This document shows positions 23,061 through 36,610 of a stretch of 58,672 nucleotides of DNA, one piece after another. A model generated the notes under the pieces. That model was not told the origin of the DNA. It was given only the letters and a program-made list of their open reading frames with translations, and ran no database searches. Source of the stretch: Octopus bimaculoides (taxonomy: Eukaryota); NCBI RefSeq assembly GCF_001194135.2, contig NC_068982.1, positions 35,326,252 to 35,384,923 of the forward strand, written 5' to 3'. Positions within the stretch are counted from its first letter, which is position 1. Every line of letters begins with the position of its first letter. A program made the position numbers and the translations under genes.

Positions 23061-25264
23061 CAACTTTTGTTTATTCATTTATTTATTTTATCATAATGGT
23101 GTTTGGTTGCCAACTAATAACTGGTTTTGAATATTTAAGGTAGATAGAAGTAGGGCGGCCAATGGAAAGAAGATAAACAATGCAATTTGAATATTTTTTT
23201 TTTTTAATAAATTTCAAAAACCTAAAAAGAATTTGCTTGGAATCCTTAAAATTATTATTTGGTTCAACAGTTTGTTCTTTGTTCTTAATCATATATCAAA
23301 CAGCAAAGGAAGGTTAGAAGGGGTAAAATTTCATTGCCACCATCTTAGCAAGCAAATCAGATGTTATCAGTCGACATCTAGATTAGTTTTCTTGATGTAC
23401 TTGCTGAAAATAAGTCACTGACATGCTTCACTGCAAGCTTATTTATCCACATATGCCATTCCTGTGATAAGAGAAGTAGAAATGACAGACAGAAATCAAA
23501 ACAAACAAACAAAAAAATCTCTATAAAAGAAACTAAAATTTATGCTCTTTCATTGGCTTTTTCTCTTTATTTGCTCACATTTAAAACTGGACAATGTTTT
23601 GACATTGTCTCCTCAACACTTCTGAGTCTATCAGGAGAATATCTGTTGCATGTGTACTTTATTTTTTCCTTGTTTTGCTTTCATGTTTTGTGATGGGAAA
23701 AGGTTTCTTTTTTTTTTTTTTTTTTACCATTCTAATACTCTAAGAACCTGATATTAGCTTCTTTTGTTATGAAGAGAGAGGAAAAATGAATGATAGAATA
23801 TATTAAAAAAAGAGTTCAAAAGACACTTTTCTTATATCCTCAACTGAATCAATCAATCATCACCATCATTATCATCATGGTCGTCATCATCATCATCGTT
23901 GTTGTTTGGTTGTTATGTTCATGTTTTTTTGTTTTTTTCTCATGTTGACAGTGATCATAGTGGCTGTGCCCTAGTAACCTCTCTTGTATTCTGCTGTCAA
24001 TATTGACTCCTTCAGTAAGACAGCAAGCTGGCAGACTCAGCAACTGCAGAATATAACACTGATGGTGTGTCCAAGCATTTCTAGATGTATGATGAATTGA
24101 GATCTGATATGGGTTTTTCTATTTTTGTTCATATTTTGTTTTTTTTTTTCTTACCTCATGCTCTGATTATCGTTGATGTTTTAATTTTTGTCCTACATCT
24201 TGTTTAATTCAATTTCAAAATGATCATTGCTCTTTGACATTTCTGCACTTTCTTCCAGTCTATGTTTTTGGTTTGAAGGAATTAAGATCAAAGGGATTTA
24301 TCAGAGAACCACTTTCATTCCAGTCATCACCATCATTTAACACCTACTACTCCATGCTTGCATGGATCAGACTGTTCATTGATGCAGATTCTCTGCAGCT
24401 GCATGCACTTCCTGTTGCCAACCCTCAGCTGTTTCCAAGCAAAGTAATATTTTTCCATAGATAGATATGGTTTGTACAGAAAAGTGGAAACAAACAACCA
24501 CCCTTGAATAGCAATGATGTTCATTTACAATAGTTTACCTCCATCTCTTTGTCAGTCTGAACAGATATATTTTCGATGATTGTGGCTAAATTGTCATTTG
24601 GTACATATTTATAACACTTCTTATCCATTTTTACATTGAAATGTCAATCTATTGCCCTGTAAACATAGCTTCCAACTCAATCACATTTATGAACATATTC
24701 GATCTTGGCAAGGACTGCACAGCTGGAGATTATGTGAAAATTGTCTCATTGTACTGGTTACATAATCTCAATATTAATAATTTTTTGTTATTTTATTTTT
24801 ATAATTATTTGCTTTTTTTAATTGTACATTTACCCTTTCACTCTTTTACTGCTGTTGTCTCCTCCCCTGAGAAGAGTTTGTATTCTAAATGATTATTTCC
24901 TTGAGCATCAGCTGTATGAGAATTTCTTCCTTCTTGTTTCCCTGATATTTATATTATCCTAATTATTTTCAGTCTAATCTTGCATTGTTTGTTTTCTGGT
25001 TGTCTAATAGGAGCAACTTCTCTCTCTCTGTTTCTCTCTCTCCTTTTGTTTCTTTTGTTTTTCTCACTTCAAACAAAAAATGTAGATGTTTGAGACCTTC
25101 TTTAAGTTGATTATTTGTTGACTTATTGAGAGTGATTTCAAATAAGAAAAAATGAATAGATAAAATTTGAAACCTTATCTACTATTAAATAGACATGACT
25201 CAATTCCAAGTCAGGCTGGTGGGACATATTCCTTGCTAAGCTATACCCACAGATAGAACAAAAA

Positions 25265-25622
25265 ATTGGTACCGCAAACTAACTCTGTTCTGTGTGTGTG
25301 ACTGAGTAAGTGTCTTTTACCATAACCCAAGTTGACCAAAGCATTGTGAGTGGATTTGATAGAATGAAACTAAAAGCCCATTGTGTGTGTGTGTGCATGC
25401 GCCCTTGTCTAGCCATCAGTTAATGGTTATAAATGAGCATTATACAAGTAAAGTTGTTTGTCTCCAGTATTCTGTGAAAGGCACATCTGGCCATGGAGAA
25501 ATATGACATGACTTGGAAACAAATGAGGATTGGTGATAGGAAGAGCATCCAACCATAGAAATCTGCCTCAACAAATTGCTTGACCCATGTAGGCATGGAA
25601 AAGTGAACATTTAATAATGACT
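25265..25622 (+). mobile_element. SINE A, tail type 2 (RTE-type tail)
   Basis: A head remnant, then ggaaacaaatgaggattggtgataggaagagcatcc..aatctgcctc..catggaaaagtgaacatttaa. Confidence 0.75.
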
Positions 25623-25630
25623 ATATATAT

Positions 25631-25972
25631 AAAGGGTAAAGACCCTCTTTGGTCATGAGCGATCATGGGATTGCACCTAGAAAGTTCCCCTCCAAGACAC
25701 AAGTCTGGGCAAGGTTGCTTATGGAAGACCAACAGTTGCCCTTGCATACCAACCTCCCCTCTCCATGCAACCAATGTTATCCAAAGGAAAGGCAAAGGCC
25801 GATACAGCTTGGCACCAGTGACATCACAACTCATTTCTACAGCTGAGTGAACTAGGGCAACGTGAAATAAAGTATCTTGCTCAAGAACTCAACACACAGC
25901 CCAGTCCAGGAATTGAACTCACTACATCATGATTATGAGCCTGATACTCTAACCAATGAGCAATGCACCTTC
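25631..25972 (-). mobile_element. SINE C, tail type 3
   Basis: C core (gtgaaataaagtatcttgctcaag on +) with a distinct tail ending gggtctttacccttt; same tail on + at 50597-50740. Confidence 0.8.
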
Positions 25973-26279
25973 AGCGTGCCTTATATATATATAATCATCA
26001 TCACCATCATCATCATGTAACATCTGTTTTCCATACTGACATGGGTTGGACGATTTGACTAGAGTTGGTGTGGCCAGAGTCACACCCCATCAGATTCCAT
26101 TCTCTGTTCTGACATGGTCTCTATGGTTTGATACCCTTCCTAATGCAACCACTCCATAGATTGTACTGGGTGCTTTTAACATGCAATATTAAGGTTTGTT
26201 TTTATATTCAGTTATAATAAAAACAATTTGACATTAATCTGAAGGGTTACTCTATACTTTTGTAGAGTACAAATTTATT

Positions 26280-26409
26280 ATTCTTAAACCAGAATGTTGT
26301 TGACAGTGACTTTGAAGTTTCCACCAGCTAAGCCATCTTCAGCAGCCCAGTGATGGCTTAGCTGGCCAAAACTTCAAAGTTACTGTCAACAACCTTCTTG
26401 TTTAAGAAT
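26280..26409. repeat. Foldback hairpin, about 58-bp arms, 14-nt loop
   Basis: 26280-26337 versus reverse complement of 26352-26409, about 6 mismatches. Confidence 0.9.
26302..26342 (-). ncRNA. Hammerhead relic (core intact, helices I and II decayed)
   Basis: CUGAAGA-U-GGCU(UAGCU)GGUG-GAAA-CUU(CA)AAGUC^; the other arm keeps helix II (GGCU..GGCC) but has GAAA changed to AAAA at a CpG. Confidence 0.5.
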
Positions 26410-26425
26410 TATATATATATATATA

Positions 26426-26691
26426 NNNNNNNNNNNNNNNNNNNNNNNNNNNNNNNNNNNNNNNNNNNNNNNNNNNNNNNNNNNNNNNNNNNNNNNNNNN
26501 NNNNNNNNNNNNNNNNNNNNNNNNNNNNNNNNNNNNNNNNNNNNNNNNNNNNNNNNNNNNNNNNNNNNNNNNNNNNNNNNNNNNNNNNNNNNNNNNNNNN
26601 NNNNNNNNNNNNNNNNNNNNNNNNNNNNNNNNNNNNNNNNNNNNNNNNNNNNNNNNNNNNNNNNNNNNNNNNNNNNNNNNNNNNNNNNNNN
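26426..26691. other. Assembly gap
   Basis: Run of N. Confidence 1.
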
Positions 26692-26752
26692 GCGGACGTT
26701 AAACGATGATGATGATATATATATACACACACACACATATACATGTAATGTG

Positions 26753-26786
<34 letters not shown>

Positions 26787-26792
26787 TGTATG

Positions 26793-26840
<48 letters not shown>

Positions 26841-27890
26841 TGCATACATACCATGCTTTTTACACACACTCTTGTTAAATAACCTGTTTGACTTTAAATT
26901 GACCTGCATGTATATCATTGGAGAAAAAATTTGTTTTTCTCCTTATAAAATGTTTGTTAAGCAGTAAGTCAAATATAGTCGTTGTGGAAATATTATAGTC
27001 TGTTTGGAAGTGGTCTCTGATATTTTGTTAAGCGTCTGTCACAAGTGGATGGTGTTTGTTTATATTTACTACTGTTGTAACAGCTACCATAAAATATATT
27101 AACCCGAATAACTTATCACATAAATGTAAATATTTGATAGCAAGCTACTTTACCGTTATGTTGTACTTGAAGATAAACGGGGTGTTTTTATTCAGCAACA
27201 GCTAATAACTGTGTGTGTGGTTTGGCCTCAAGGCAGCACCTAGTGATGTTGGTTAAGTTGTAACTAATGACTCTTAGTTTAGCTCACAAGCTCGTTGCTT
27301 GCTATAAATATATTGTATCTGACCATAATCAATTAAGCAGGTGTTTTTTTTTGTTTTTGTTTTTATAGCTTAGTGTTTGTGTATACATGCACACACGTGT
27401 ATGTGTATGTGTGTGCACGCGTTCGTGTGTGTTCATGGACACATTTGTTTAGATTATAATGTGATATATATTTCACAGGAAAATATTTATAATACTTTTG
27501 ATGGCTGGCTGACTGGTTGGCAGTGGAAGATGGTGGGGGAGGACTATTTTCTCATTCGATATAAAAAGAAATAAAATAAAAGTAAAAATTGTGGTATCTA
27601 CTGCTAGAAAACTCAAGGAGATAAGAATGAGTGGTTATATTTCACTTTTGTACCCAAAAGATATTATTTCGTAAGTTTTTTTTTTTTATTGTTCTAAATA
27701 TGGAAGAGGTGGGAAATGTCATTAAAGTTACAGGAATAGATTAAGAATTTATAAACTGTAAATTCATTTTAACATGCAAACTATGACTAAATGGTCATTT
27801 GTTTGGGGGGGGGGGGTTGTGTGTGTAGGAGTGGGGAGAAGAATACATTTTGGTTCCTCTTGATAAAAATTGTAATATTTTTCGTTCTTT

Positions 27891-28325
27891 AGGTGCAGGT
27901 GTGGTTGTATGGTATAAAGTTTGGTTCCCAACTACACAGTTACAGATTCAGTCCCACTGCATGGCACGTTGGGCAAGTGTCTTCTACTATAGCCCTGGTT
28001 TGATCAAACCCTTGTGTGTGGATTTGGTAAACAGAAATTGAAACAAAAGTTACCTATTCATTTCTCTTGTGTGTGTGTGTGTGTGTGTCCTTGTCTTGAC
28101 ATCACATGATAGTTGTAAATGAGTGTCACCGTCACACAAGCATTGTCGTTCATTTCCAATATTTTCTAAAATCTTGTCTGGCCATAAAGAAATATTACAT
28201 TATTTGGAAACCAGTCAGGGTTGGTGACAGGAAGGGCATCCAGCCATAGAAAATCTGTCTTTGTCAAAAGCTCTGTCTGACCCATGTAAGCATAGAAAAA
28301 AGTCATTAAAATGATGTTGATAGTG
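27891..28325 (+). mobile_element. SINE A, tail type 2
   Basis: Full head, (TG)n and RTE-type tail with gatgttgat end. Confidence 0.85.
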
Positions 28326-28439
28326 ATGGTGTTAGATATAAAAATAAACAGTACAACAGTGTCATTGACTAGATCATAAATGCTAATATGATCTTAGTAT
28401 ATTATCATTATCATCATCAGCAGCAGCTTTTTATATTTA

Positions 28440-28736
28440 GCATCAATTTTTTTCAATCTGGCATCTTATGTTAAACAGTTTTTCATTATCATAGCATATC
28501 ACTACTACATGTTGCATTCCTTGACATCTCTTTCATGAAACTCAGCATCATTAGATCAATCAGCCTTTAGAACACACCTTCCTACATCATCCAAGAGCTT
28601 TGCACTAATTACAGACTTCTTCCATTTGAATTGCTTGACCCTTCTTCAACTACTTGTCATCTTTCCTATGCATTCCAAATTCTTTCCAACTCTCATCATC
28701 TCTTGCATGATATTGTTGATTGATTTCTCTAATACC

Positions 28737-28740
<4 letters not shown>
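28440..28740 (-). mobile_element. Possible heavily decayed LINE 3' fragment
   Basis: ECIGKMTSS*RRVKQFKW..LLDDVGRCVLK only loosely fits the RTE C-terminus. Confidence 0.3.
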
Positions 28741-28807
<67 letters not shown>

Positions 28808-28859
28808 TCCCTCTCTCTCTCTGTCTCTCACACCTATGCTCTATTATTCATGTGCAGTG

Positions 28860-29425
28860 ATGTTGGACATTCAGAGGAGCAATGTGAGCTAACGCTGTTT
28901 GTGTATTTCAAATAACCATCAACAACTCTGCCGTGAAAGCAAATCTTTATAGTTCCAACAAACAATTTTAAATTAAACCATTTTCCAAACAATACAACAC
29001 AAGCTCCTGGTGACTTCGATCTTTCTGTATGGTTGTGAGAACTGGACCTTACAACTGACATGGAACAAAAAAAATCAAAGTATTTGAGCACGAGTGTTTC
29101 AGAAGGCTGCTATGCATCTCATACACAGAACACAAAGCAAACAGCTTTGTCAAGCACCAAGTCATCAAATATGGGGGCAGACAGGAACCACTTTCTTGTG
29201 CAAGATAAAAGCTTGGTTAGTATGGTCACTTATCCTGCCACAACTCCCTGTCCAAAACCATCCTTCAGAGCACAATTGAGGGAGGGCAAAAGTGAGGTAG
29301 ACAGAGAAAATTCTGGTCTGACAACATCAAAAACTGGATGGGTTGCAGCACCACAATTCAGCTACACATGGCAGAGAACAGAAACTAGTGGACCCTCTAC
29401 AAAAGCATCTAAAGATGTGCCCTAA
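28860..29425 (+). mobile_element. RTE-clade LINE 3' fragment
   Basis: Across frames: LLVTSIFLYGCENWTL..VFEHECFRRLLCISYTEHKAN..YGHLSCHNSLSKTILQSTIEGGQK*GRQRKFWSDNIKNWMG. Confidence 0.92.
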
Positions 29426-30010
29426 TTACTGGCTGTACCTGTTAAGGAAACTTCATGATGATGTCAATTCTGAAAACAAGAAAGTTATTTTTCACTCCAA
29501 CAAATAGTGAATTCACAATCATTATCATCATCAACATCATTTCGGTGTCCCACTTTTTGCTGCTGTTAGTTGGACAGATTTCCTCTATAGTAAATTTGCA
29601 ATCCTTTCAGCTATGCAAGAAATATTTGCTGTACACTCATATGTTCATAATAAATAAAAATTTATGTCTCTATTCTCTTGCTAACATTAACTGCTATTTA
29701 TGGTGTCAAACTATGTTAAGCAGTTTGTAGTGTGCTTTTGATAAGCTGGATACTAAAATGAAACCAAGTTAGTTCTCCTCATGCTGTATAATAGCAGACA
29801 AATCTATGGAAACAGTTAAAATAAAAGCTAACCTCAAAAGTGTCAATTGACGGATGTAATAATGCATTAATGGATAATTAATTTTCTGAAGTAGATTAAA
29901 AATGCTCAACTTCTTTGTTTGTGGAATCATTTATCTGAGATGTCAGCAATATTTGCCTTAAAGCTTGTGAAGTTCTGTAACTTTGGAATTATATATACTA
30001 TTAATTATAT

Positions 30011-30062
<52 letters not shown>

Positions 30063-30130
30063 GTGTTGAGCTTCTGTACAATTTCCTTCTGCAAAATTTC
30101 TCTCATTACATATTCTAACTCCTACCTTTT

Positions 30131-30551
30131 AACTTTTTATTTGTTTCAATCATTGGACTGCAGCCATGCTAGGGAACCACCTTCAAGGGTTTAGGGGAAT
30201 AAACCAACCCCAGTACTTATTCTTTTTTTAAGTGTGGTACTTATTCTCTTAGTCTTTTTTGTCAAACTGCTAAGTTACAGGGACATAAACAAACCACCAT
30301 TGAGACACTGGTTGTCAAGCAAGGTGTGGGGGGGGAACACATAAGACACACACACATATATACTTATATATATATATGATAGGCTTCCTCACAGTTTCTG
30401 TCTACCAAATTCACTCACAATGATTGGTTGGTTTAGGACTATAGCAGAAGAAGCTTTACCCAATTTCCCCAAGATGTTGTGCAGTGGAACTGAACTCAAA
30501 GCCACACAGTTGCAAAGTGAGCTTCTTAACTACGCAGGCATGTCTGTGCCT
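30131..30551 (-). mobile_element. SINE A tail type 1
   Basis: Reverse complement of full A; CpG-decayed; extra head fragment near 30590-30665. Confidence 0.8.
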
Positions 30552-31295
30552 ATGAAGTCATGCCTATAACCCCATACAAATATTTACCTAAAGGTGCTGC
30601 ACACTTAAATTGAACCTGAAATCAAGTGGTTGCAAAGCCAACTTCTTAACCACATGACCATGTCTGGCTCCATGCTGTTTCTTTAGTAAAATATTTTCTC
30701 CATTTTAACCACTGAACTATGCTTGCACAAACATCTTGTTATATATTTATTTTAGCTGAAAGCCGTAAATAAATTTTACAGAGGATGAAAATAAGATTGA
30801 GTGAGGGTTCAGTTCATTTCTTTTTTAAAACCTATGTAATTGAAGTGACTTAGTTTGAGCTGGAAACTGAAACTAGTTTGCAAGCTCTTCTCATTGTGAT
30901 TTTACCGAGCTCTGAAAATTTAATGTCAAACGAAAAAAAAAAAAGAAAAAAGAAAATTACTGCAAAGAATCAATTTACAGTATATTTCCACCCCACCTAT
31001 TGGTTTTTGTGTCTCATTGCCCTTTGCTACCCTGTCAGGTCTCCTCCATGTACATAACTGCATCAACTTTCTCATACCCTTGCATTTTTCTCACCAAAAG
31101 TAACTTCATTGCTGAAACTTGTGGCTTGTGATACTGTATCCACTTGCTAAATATTAACAACACAAAAGTAAAATCCTTTTTTAACTTCACATCTTTCTAC
31201 ACCTAGATGACCTCTATGGGTGTGGAACAATCCTACTCTCTATGATCTCATGTTAAAATTCAGTATAATTTATTTTTTATTCTCTCTCTCTCTCT

Positions 31296-31350
<55 letters not shown>

Positions 31351-32039
31351 TGCACACCCCAAACTCAGATCTTTAAATCTTTGAAATATATTTACAAGTT
31401 GTCAGAAATTTCCTATGAAATTTCTATCTAACTTTTTCGTTTCCAGCTTCTTAATTGAAAGTTATGTAATTCTCATTTATACTTTTCCTATTCATTTTGT
31501 CAAAACTACTTTTCTCTATTAGAATAAAACAGTTTTCTATTTAAAGATAACATCCATTAACCACAACATGAAAGTTTTTAAAATTACTATAGTAAGTATA
31601 CTCAGTTTGTATGCTCACTGCTTAGTTGGCTTTCAATTAGAAAGCTTTTAAAGGAAGCCATATTTAATTGTTATGAAACCCCTTACATTGTATCCAGATC
31701 GATACTTGTTAAAATGTATAAAAAGTAATATAAAAAGATAGTACAATGTCAATTATAAAGTCTGGTTACAAATTAGCTAGAGCTGATGTCCTGCCATGAG
31801 AGGGGGAATATGATGTAGCCAACATGAGAGACAAGGCTAGTATTGAATCTCTGAATCACTTTCTGGCATCTTGTGAAACTACGTATAAGGATTTATGTGT
31901 CTTTGTCTGAACAGGACAGCACAAGAACAACCACAGCAGGCACTTCTCTCACTTGTAAAATCTGATATAAAATGGTCAGTTTTTCTTTTATTATAAATGA
32001 CCGACCAGGTTTTTTTTTTGTTTTGTTTTTATTTTACCA

Positions 32040-32301
32040 TAAGGACTAAGTCATCATTGCATGCTCACACACACATGCTTTTTAAAGGACAATCTCCAAG
32101 ACCACATGGTATTGCAGTGAATTCTCCCTCAATAATAGAAACATGAAGAGTTATGAAATCATATTGAAGACCACCTACGCCTTTCATATTCTCCACATTA
32201 TTCTCATATGTTAAATCAAACACAAGATTTTTGGCCTGTGTATAGTTGAAGGCATAGAGTTCACTCTTCATATTATTCACTGTAAATTCAAAACGTTCCA
32301 T
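32040..32301 (-). other. 79-codon open frame: RT-like relic or unassigned coding exon
   Basis: ..LVFDLTYENNVENMKGVGG..VSIIEGEFT..GLGDCPL..*ACNDDLVLM; resembles RT domains 3-5 (DDLVL) but also has a good acceptor at 32280. Confidence 0.35.
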
Positions 32302-32894
32302 CAGAAATTAGTTTGAAACAAATAAGAAGACAAAAGAAAGAATAAAGAATAAATCTGTAGTATCTGTTTTGTCACAATTGTTGCTTTGTAGTTTCTAAGA
32401 TGCCGCATAATCAAATCAACTCCATATTGTTGCTTTTTAGCCTTAGGTCATCAGTGGATGAGTAAATCTTACAATCAAAGGCACTCCAGCTATAACCATT
32501 CCATATTTTTATATGTCTAGGATTACATTGTCCAATGCACTCTTATTTAAAACAGTAAGGTGCAGTTAGATGGAAGCTTGCCTGCTATTTCTAGCTGGTT
32601 AAATGACTGCACAGATTAAAGTCTTCCATATTGGCTTGACCTAGTTGTATGTTTCTAAGAGTGGTGTAATTTACCAAAGTTGTATTATGTTGTAGAATTG
32701 GCAGATGATATCTTGGTCTCACACTGAGAAAATATGCCCACACAAACCTGCATGAGGAAACCTCTATGTGATAACTTGACCTACTAGAAATAGCAGTAGC
32801 AAAATCTCCTTCAAATTACAGCTTACTAACTAAAATTAGAAAGATATTTTGGATAATATGGTCTTAGATGCACAATTCTTGAAAATAAAATATC

Positions 32895-33238
32895 TTTTAA
32901 GTCATTATACTGCAGTAATGCTGGGGCACTGCCTTGAAGAATTCCTAGTCAAACGAATCAAGCCCAGTACTTAATTCTTTTTAAAGCCTGGTTCTTATCC
33001 TATTGATCTCTTTTACCGAACTGCTAAATTATGGGGACATAAACACCAGTTGACAAGCAGTGGTGGGGCACAAAACACACACACACGCACATATATTAGG
33101 AGACACAAGTACTTAGGGCATCCAACCATAGAAACCTTGCCAAATCAGACTGGATTCTGGTGCAGGCCCTCAGCTTACCAGCACTGTTCAAACTGTCCAA
33201 CCCATGCCAGCATAGCCAACAGACATTCAATGATGATG

Positions 33239-33284
<46 letters not shown>

Positions 33285-33438
33285 ACAGGGTTCTTGCAGT
33301 TTCCATCTACAAGATCCACTCATAATGCTCTGGTCGGCCCAAGGTTATAGTATAAGACATTTGTCTAAGGTGTCATGCAGTGGGACTGAACCCAGAACCA
33401 TGCAGTTGGGAAGCAAGCGTCTTACCACTCCTGCACCT
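32895..33438 (-). mobile_element. SINE A tail type 1 interrupted by a D 3' end (about 33115-33240, +)
   Basis: A tail 32895-33070, D fragment, A head 33280-33438. Confidence 0.75.
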
Positions 33439-33675
33439 GGAATGAATATAGATGAAATGTCTGCTCCATCAGGGCTGATCTTAGGATTAAGTACCACCAA
33501 CAACTACTGTGTATAAAACCAAGTTAGAGAACATCATAACAGAGGAATACATTTTAAACCATTAAAACCAGATAAATTATCCATCATGCTGAGTGTTACA
33601 TTATATTACAATCATAACATATCTGACATGAATAAAGAGGTGGAAGAGATTTGTACATTTATCTTCTCCATTAGA

Positions 33676-33706
<31 letters not shown>

Positions 33707-34266
33707 CTTATTTATCATCTAGATTATTGGTGGAATTATCTATTATTTGATATTATCATCCAGTTGACAGATTTTTTTTAAACATTAGAAGCCAAAAAAT
33801 AATAGAGGGATATCTAGCAGCTAACTAGGTCAGTGAATTTTTTTGATTTTTTTTTTTTGTTTTGCTTAGCTCATCTTTCTACAACATCAACAGAAAACAT
33901 ATTACTTTTTTCACAGATGAAAGCTTATAATTTATTTTTTATTTTTATATTTTTTTAATCACTATATCTACCATGACCTAATCAATTTTTTATCTCTATT
34001 TGTACTGCTATCTATTTTCTGTACTGTTATCTATGTATTCATTCCCCATTTTCCTCTGTCTACTTGAATTTGTACCATAATTAGCTGCTTGCTGTTATAG
34101 ACTTGCTAACTTGTACCATTTCACCTTTGATATTTAATATTTTAGAAATATCAATATCAATCCATTGGCTTTGGCTAGTTAGTTAGTATTGGTTGTTACA
34201 AAGGCAAATAAATGAACTAATTTCTACCATTATTTTATACAACTATCAAGGTGTAAGTGACTACTA

Positions 34267-34469
34267 TATGAGGGGCTGCTGTAAAGTTCCTGGGTTTAAG
34301 GGTATTGTGAAAGGCCTGGCTGGAAGCCCAATCTTCCAAGCTCTGTTAGACAGCTTAGAAAAACTGGAGGACCACTGCAATAAATGCTTGAATCTGAGAG
34401 GGGAAATTAACTGATCCTCCTGTATTTTCTTTTACCCAAAAGCCAGAAACTTTTCAGCACCCCATCATA
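34267..34469 (+). mobile_element. Mariner-derived MITE
   Basis: TIRs tatgaggggctgctgtaaagttcctgg / ccagaaacttttcagcaccccatcata, TA ends; internal LEKLEDHCNKCLNLRGE is a mariner C-terminal remnant. Confidence 0.85.
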
Positions 34470-34711
34470 GATCATCAAGAAAAAGTGGTAAGCTCCCACT
34501 AAGCAAAGTCCACAATCCAGGTTTGTTTCATAATGGTAACCCTCTCACTTCGGTAATGCTTCTATTGAGCTTGACTTAAACTTGAAGATCAAACAGTCTC
34601 ATTTCTTTTCTATTTTAACTCTTTACCTGTCCAAAGTAATTTCATGTTTTCCCTAAATGCCCATGTTTGTTTTTAGACTGTTAGCTCTTGTTTCATACAT
34701 TTTAAGTAACA

Positions 34712-34932
34712 TATGAGTAGGCGCTAAAAAGTTCCTGGTTTTCAATAAAAGAAAATACAGGAGGATCAGTTAATTATGGTTTTATTCAACATATTCCCCT
34801 CTCATATTCACACACTTATTGAAGCAGTCCTTCAGTTTTTCGAAGTCTTGTAAAATAACTCAGAAAATTGGGCCCCCAACAAAGCCTTTCACAATATCCT
34901 TAAAGCCAGGAACTTTTCAGCACCCCTTCATA
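34712..34932 (-). mobile_element. Mariner-derived MITE, inverted relative to the previous copy
   Basis: Same TIRs; the minus strand encodes FEKLKDCFNKCVNMRGEYVE*. Confidence 0.85.
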
Positions 34933-34974
34933 AAGCTTTATTTTCATAAGCCCCAAGTTACTCAGCTAAAAACA

Positions 34975-35220
34975 AAGTTACCTTCTCAAGTCATCCCGAC
35001 TCATAAGGGTTGGTTTCCCGGTTTCATAGCATATGTATTCCCCACCTGGATAGGATGCCAGTCCATCACAAAAGTACTACAGATTTTTGCCAGATGAGTG
35101 GACTGGAACAACATGAAATGAAGTGTTTTGCTCAAGAGCATATATCACCTGGTCCAGGAATTGAAACCACAATCTTACAATCATGAGCCCAACATCCTGA
35201 CCACTAAGCCACATGCCTCC
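34975..35220 (-). mobile_element. SINE C, tail type 2
   Basis: Reverse complement of the 1518-1745 type. Confidence 0.8.
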
Positions 35221-36610
35221 AGTTACTCAGGTGGCTGAAAAAGAATTGGGAATGCATATTATGTATGATGCATGGACAATCAGGGAAATATGTCCTGTGT
35301 ATTATATATGATACACAGGACAGGCAAAGAGTTAAATTTGAAGCTTTTATCCTTAATGTGAAAATAACATTTAAGTGGTATTGTGCGTTTGTGTGTGTTT
35401 ATGTGTGAACATATCTGTGTGTAGAGAGAGATAAATCAGTAGTTAAATATTGATGACTTTTTTTAGATCATTAGCTATTCAAGTTAATTGAACATGGTCC
35501 CTAATCAATAATCAAATTATGACGCTTGCCATTGAAAGTGTTATATATTCATTAAAAAAAAGTCTTCTATCCACTGAAATGTCATTTAAAATGTTTGACT
35601 GTACTTGTTAGATACTACCAAGTTATTCTGTGCTGCATCACTCTTTGAAATATTCCACATCAAATATTATATATATACAGACAAGCAAATGTGAGATACT
35701 CTACATGGCTGCTCAACATGTTAGAAATACCAGCCAAATATTTCTCAAAATATACCACTGTTTAAAAAAACAGAAAGACTTCTTCAATAATACAGACCAA
35801 AAGACATTATGTGCGATGAAAAATAAGACTGGATGATCATAGCAGGAATGTTTTTGATCATTAGTTTGCGTGGTTAAAACTGACTTAGAGTTAAACAGCA
35901 GCATATACAGGCTCTCAATGAATCAGATAGCAATGTATGGAATTTTTTTTTTTTTTTGTACTGTGCATGTTTTTATACACACACACCACCACCAGCTGGA
36001 TGCCCTTCCTAACACCATGTGAATAAATAAGCAATAAACTGGACAAAGAAATCTGAATGCTAAAGGATTAAACTCAGAGATGCAACTAAATATCAAAGAC
36101 ATTTTGTCTGATGCTCCATCAATTCTGGCAACACTGATGTGAGTGGTCACTAGTTTCCATGGACTTTACCAATTCTAACAATGCTGACAGGAAGAATTAC
36201 TGCATTTACCTATGTAAAAGTCACATAATTTTATACATAAGCTCCTTACCGCAATTTATAAATATTGTTATTTATTTGCTTGCTTTTCTTTTTTTCTTTT
36301 TAAAAGCCATTATTTTATTCAATTCTGAATTCAGTAAATTCTTAGGTACAATCATAAAGACTTGTAAATTACATTCTTTAGTTGATTGGTCTTGTTTAAT
36401 GGACACAGCATCTGAAGGATTGGATGCAACCCATAAACTCCTCAAACCAAATTATGAATATAAATAAGCTTTTATCACACTATGCTAACAAGACTTTATA
36501 CACACACACACTTGAACACACACACACACACTTGAACATACACACATACACACACACACACGCATGCACGCACACACAATCTATTGTAGCAGAAATAAAG
36601 ATTTCTTATG

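Noticed and set aside
24641-24780. CUB-like peptide ITFMNIFDLGKDCTAGDYVKI
   Set aside because: Weak acceptor, no usable donor, no other CUB parts; chance resemblance is likely.
36039-36138. Open frame ending at a perfect GTGAGT donor
   Set aside because: No credible acceptor after the upstream stop; overlaps a piggyBac MITE end.
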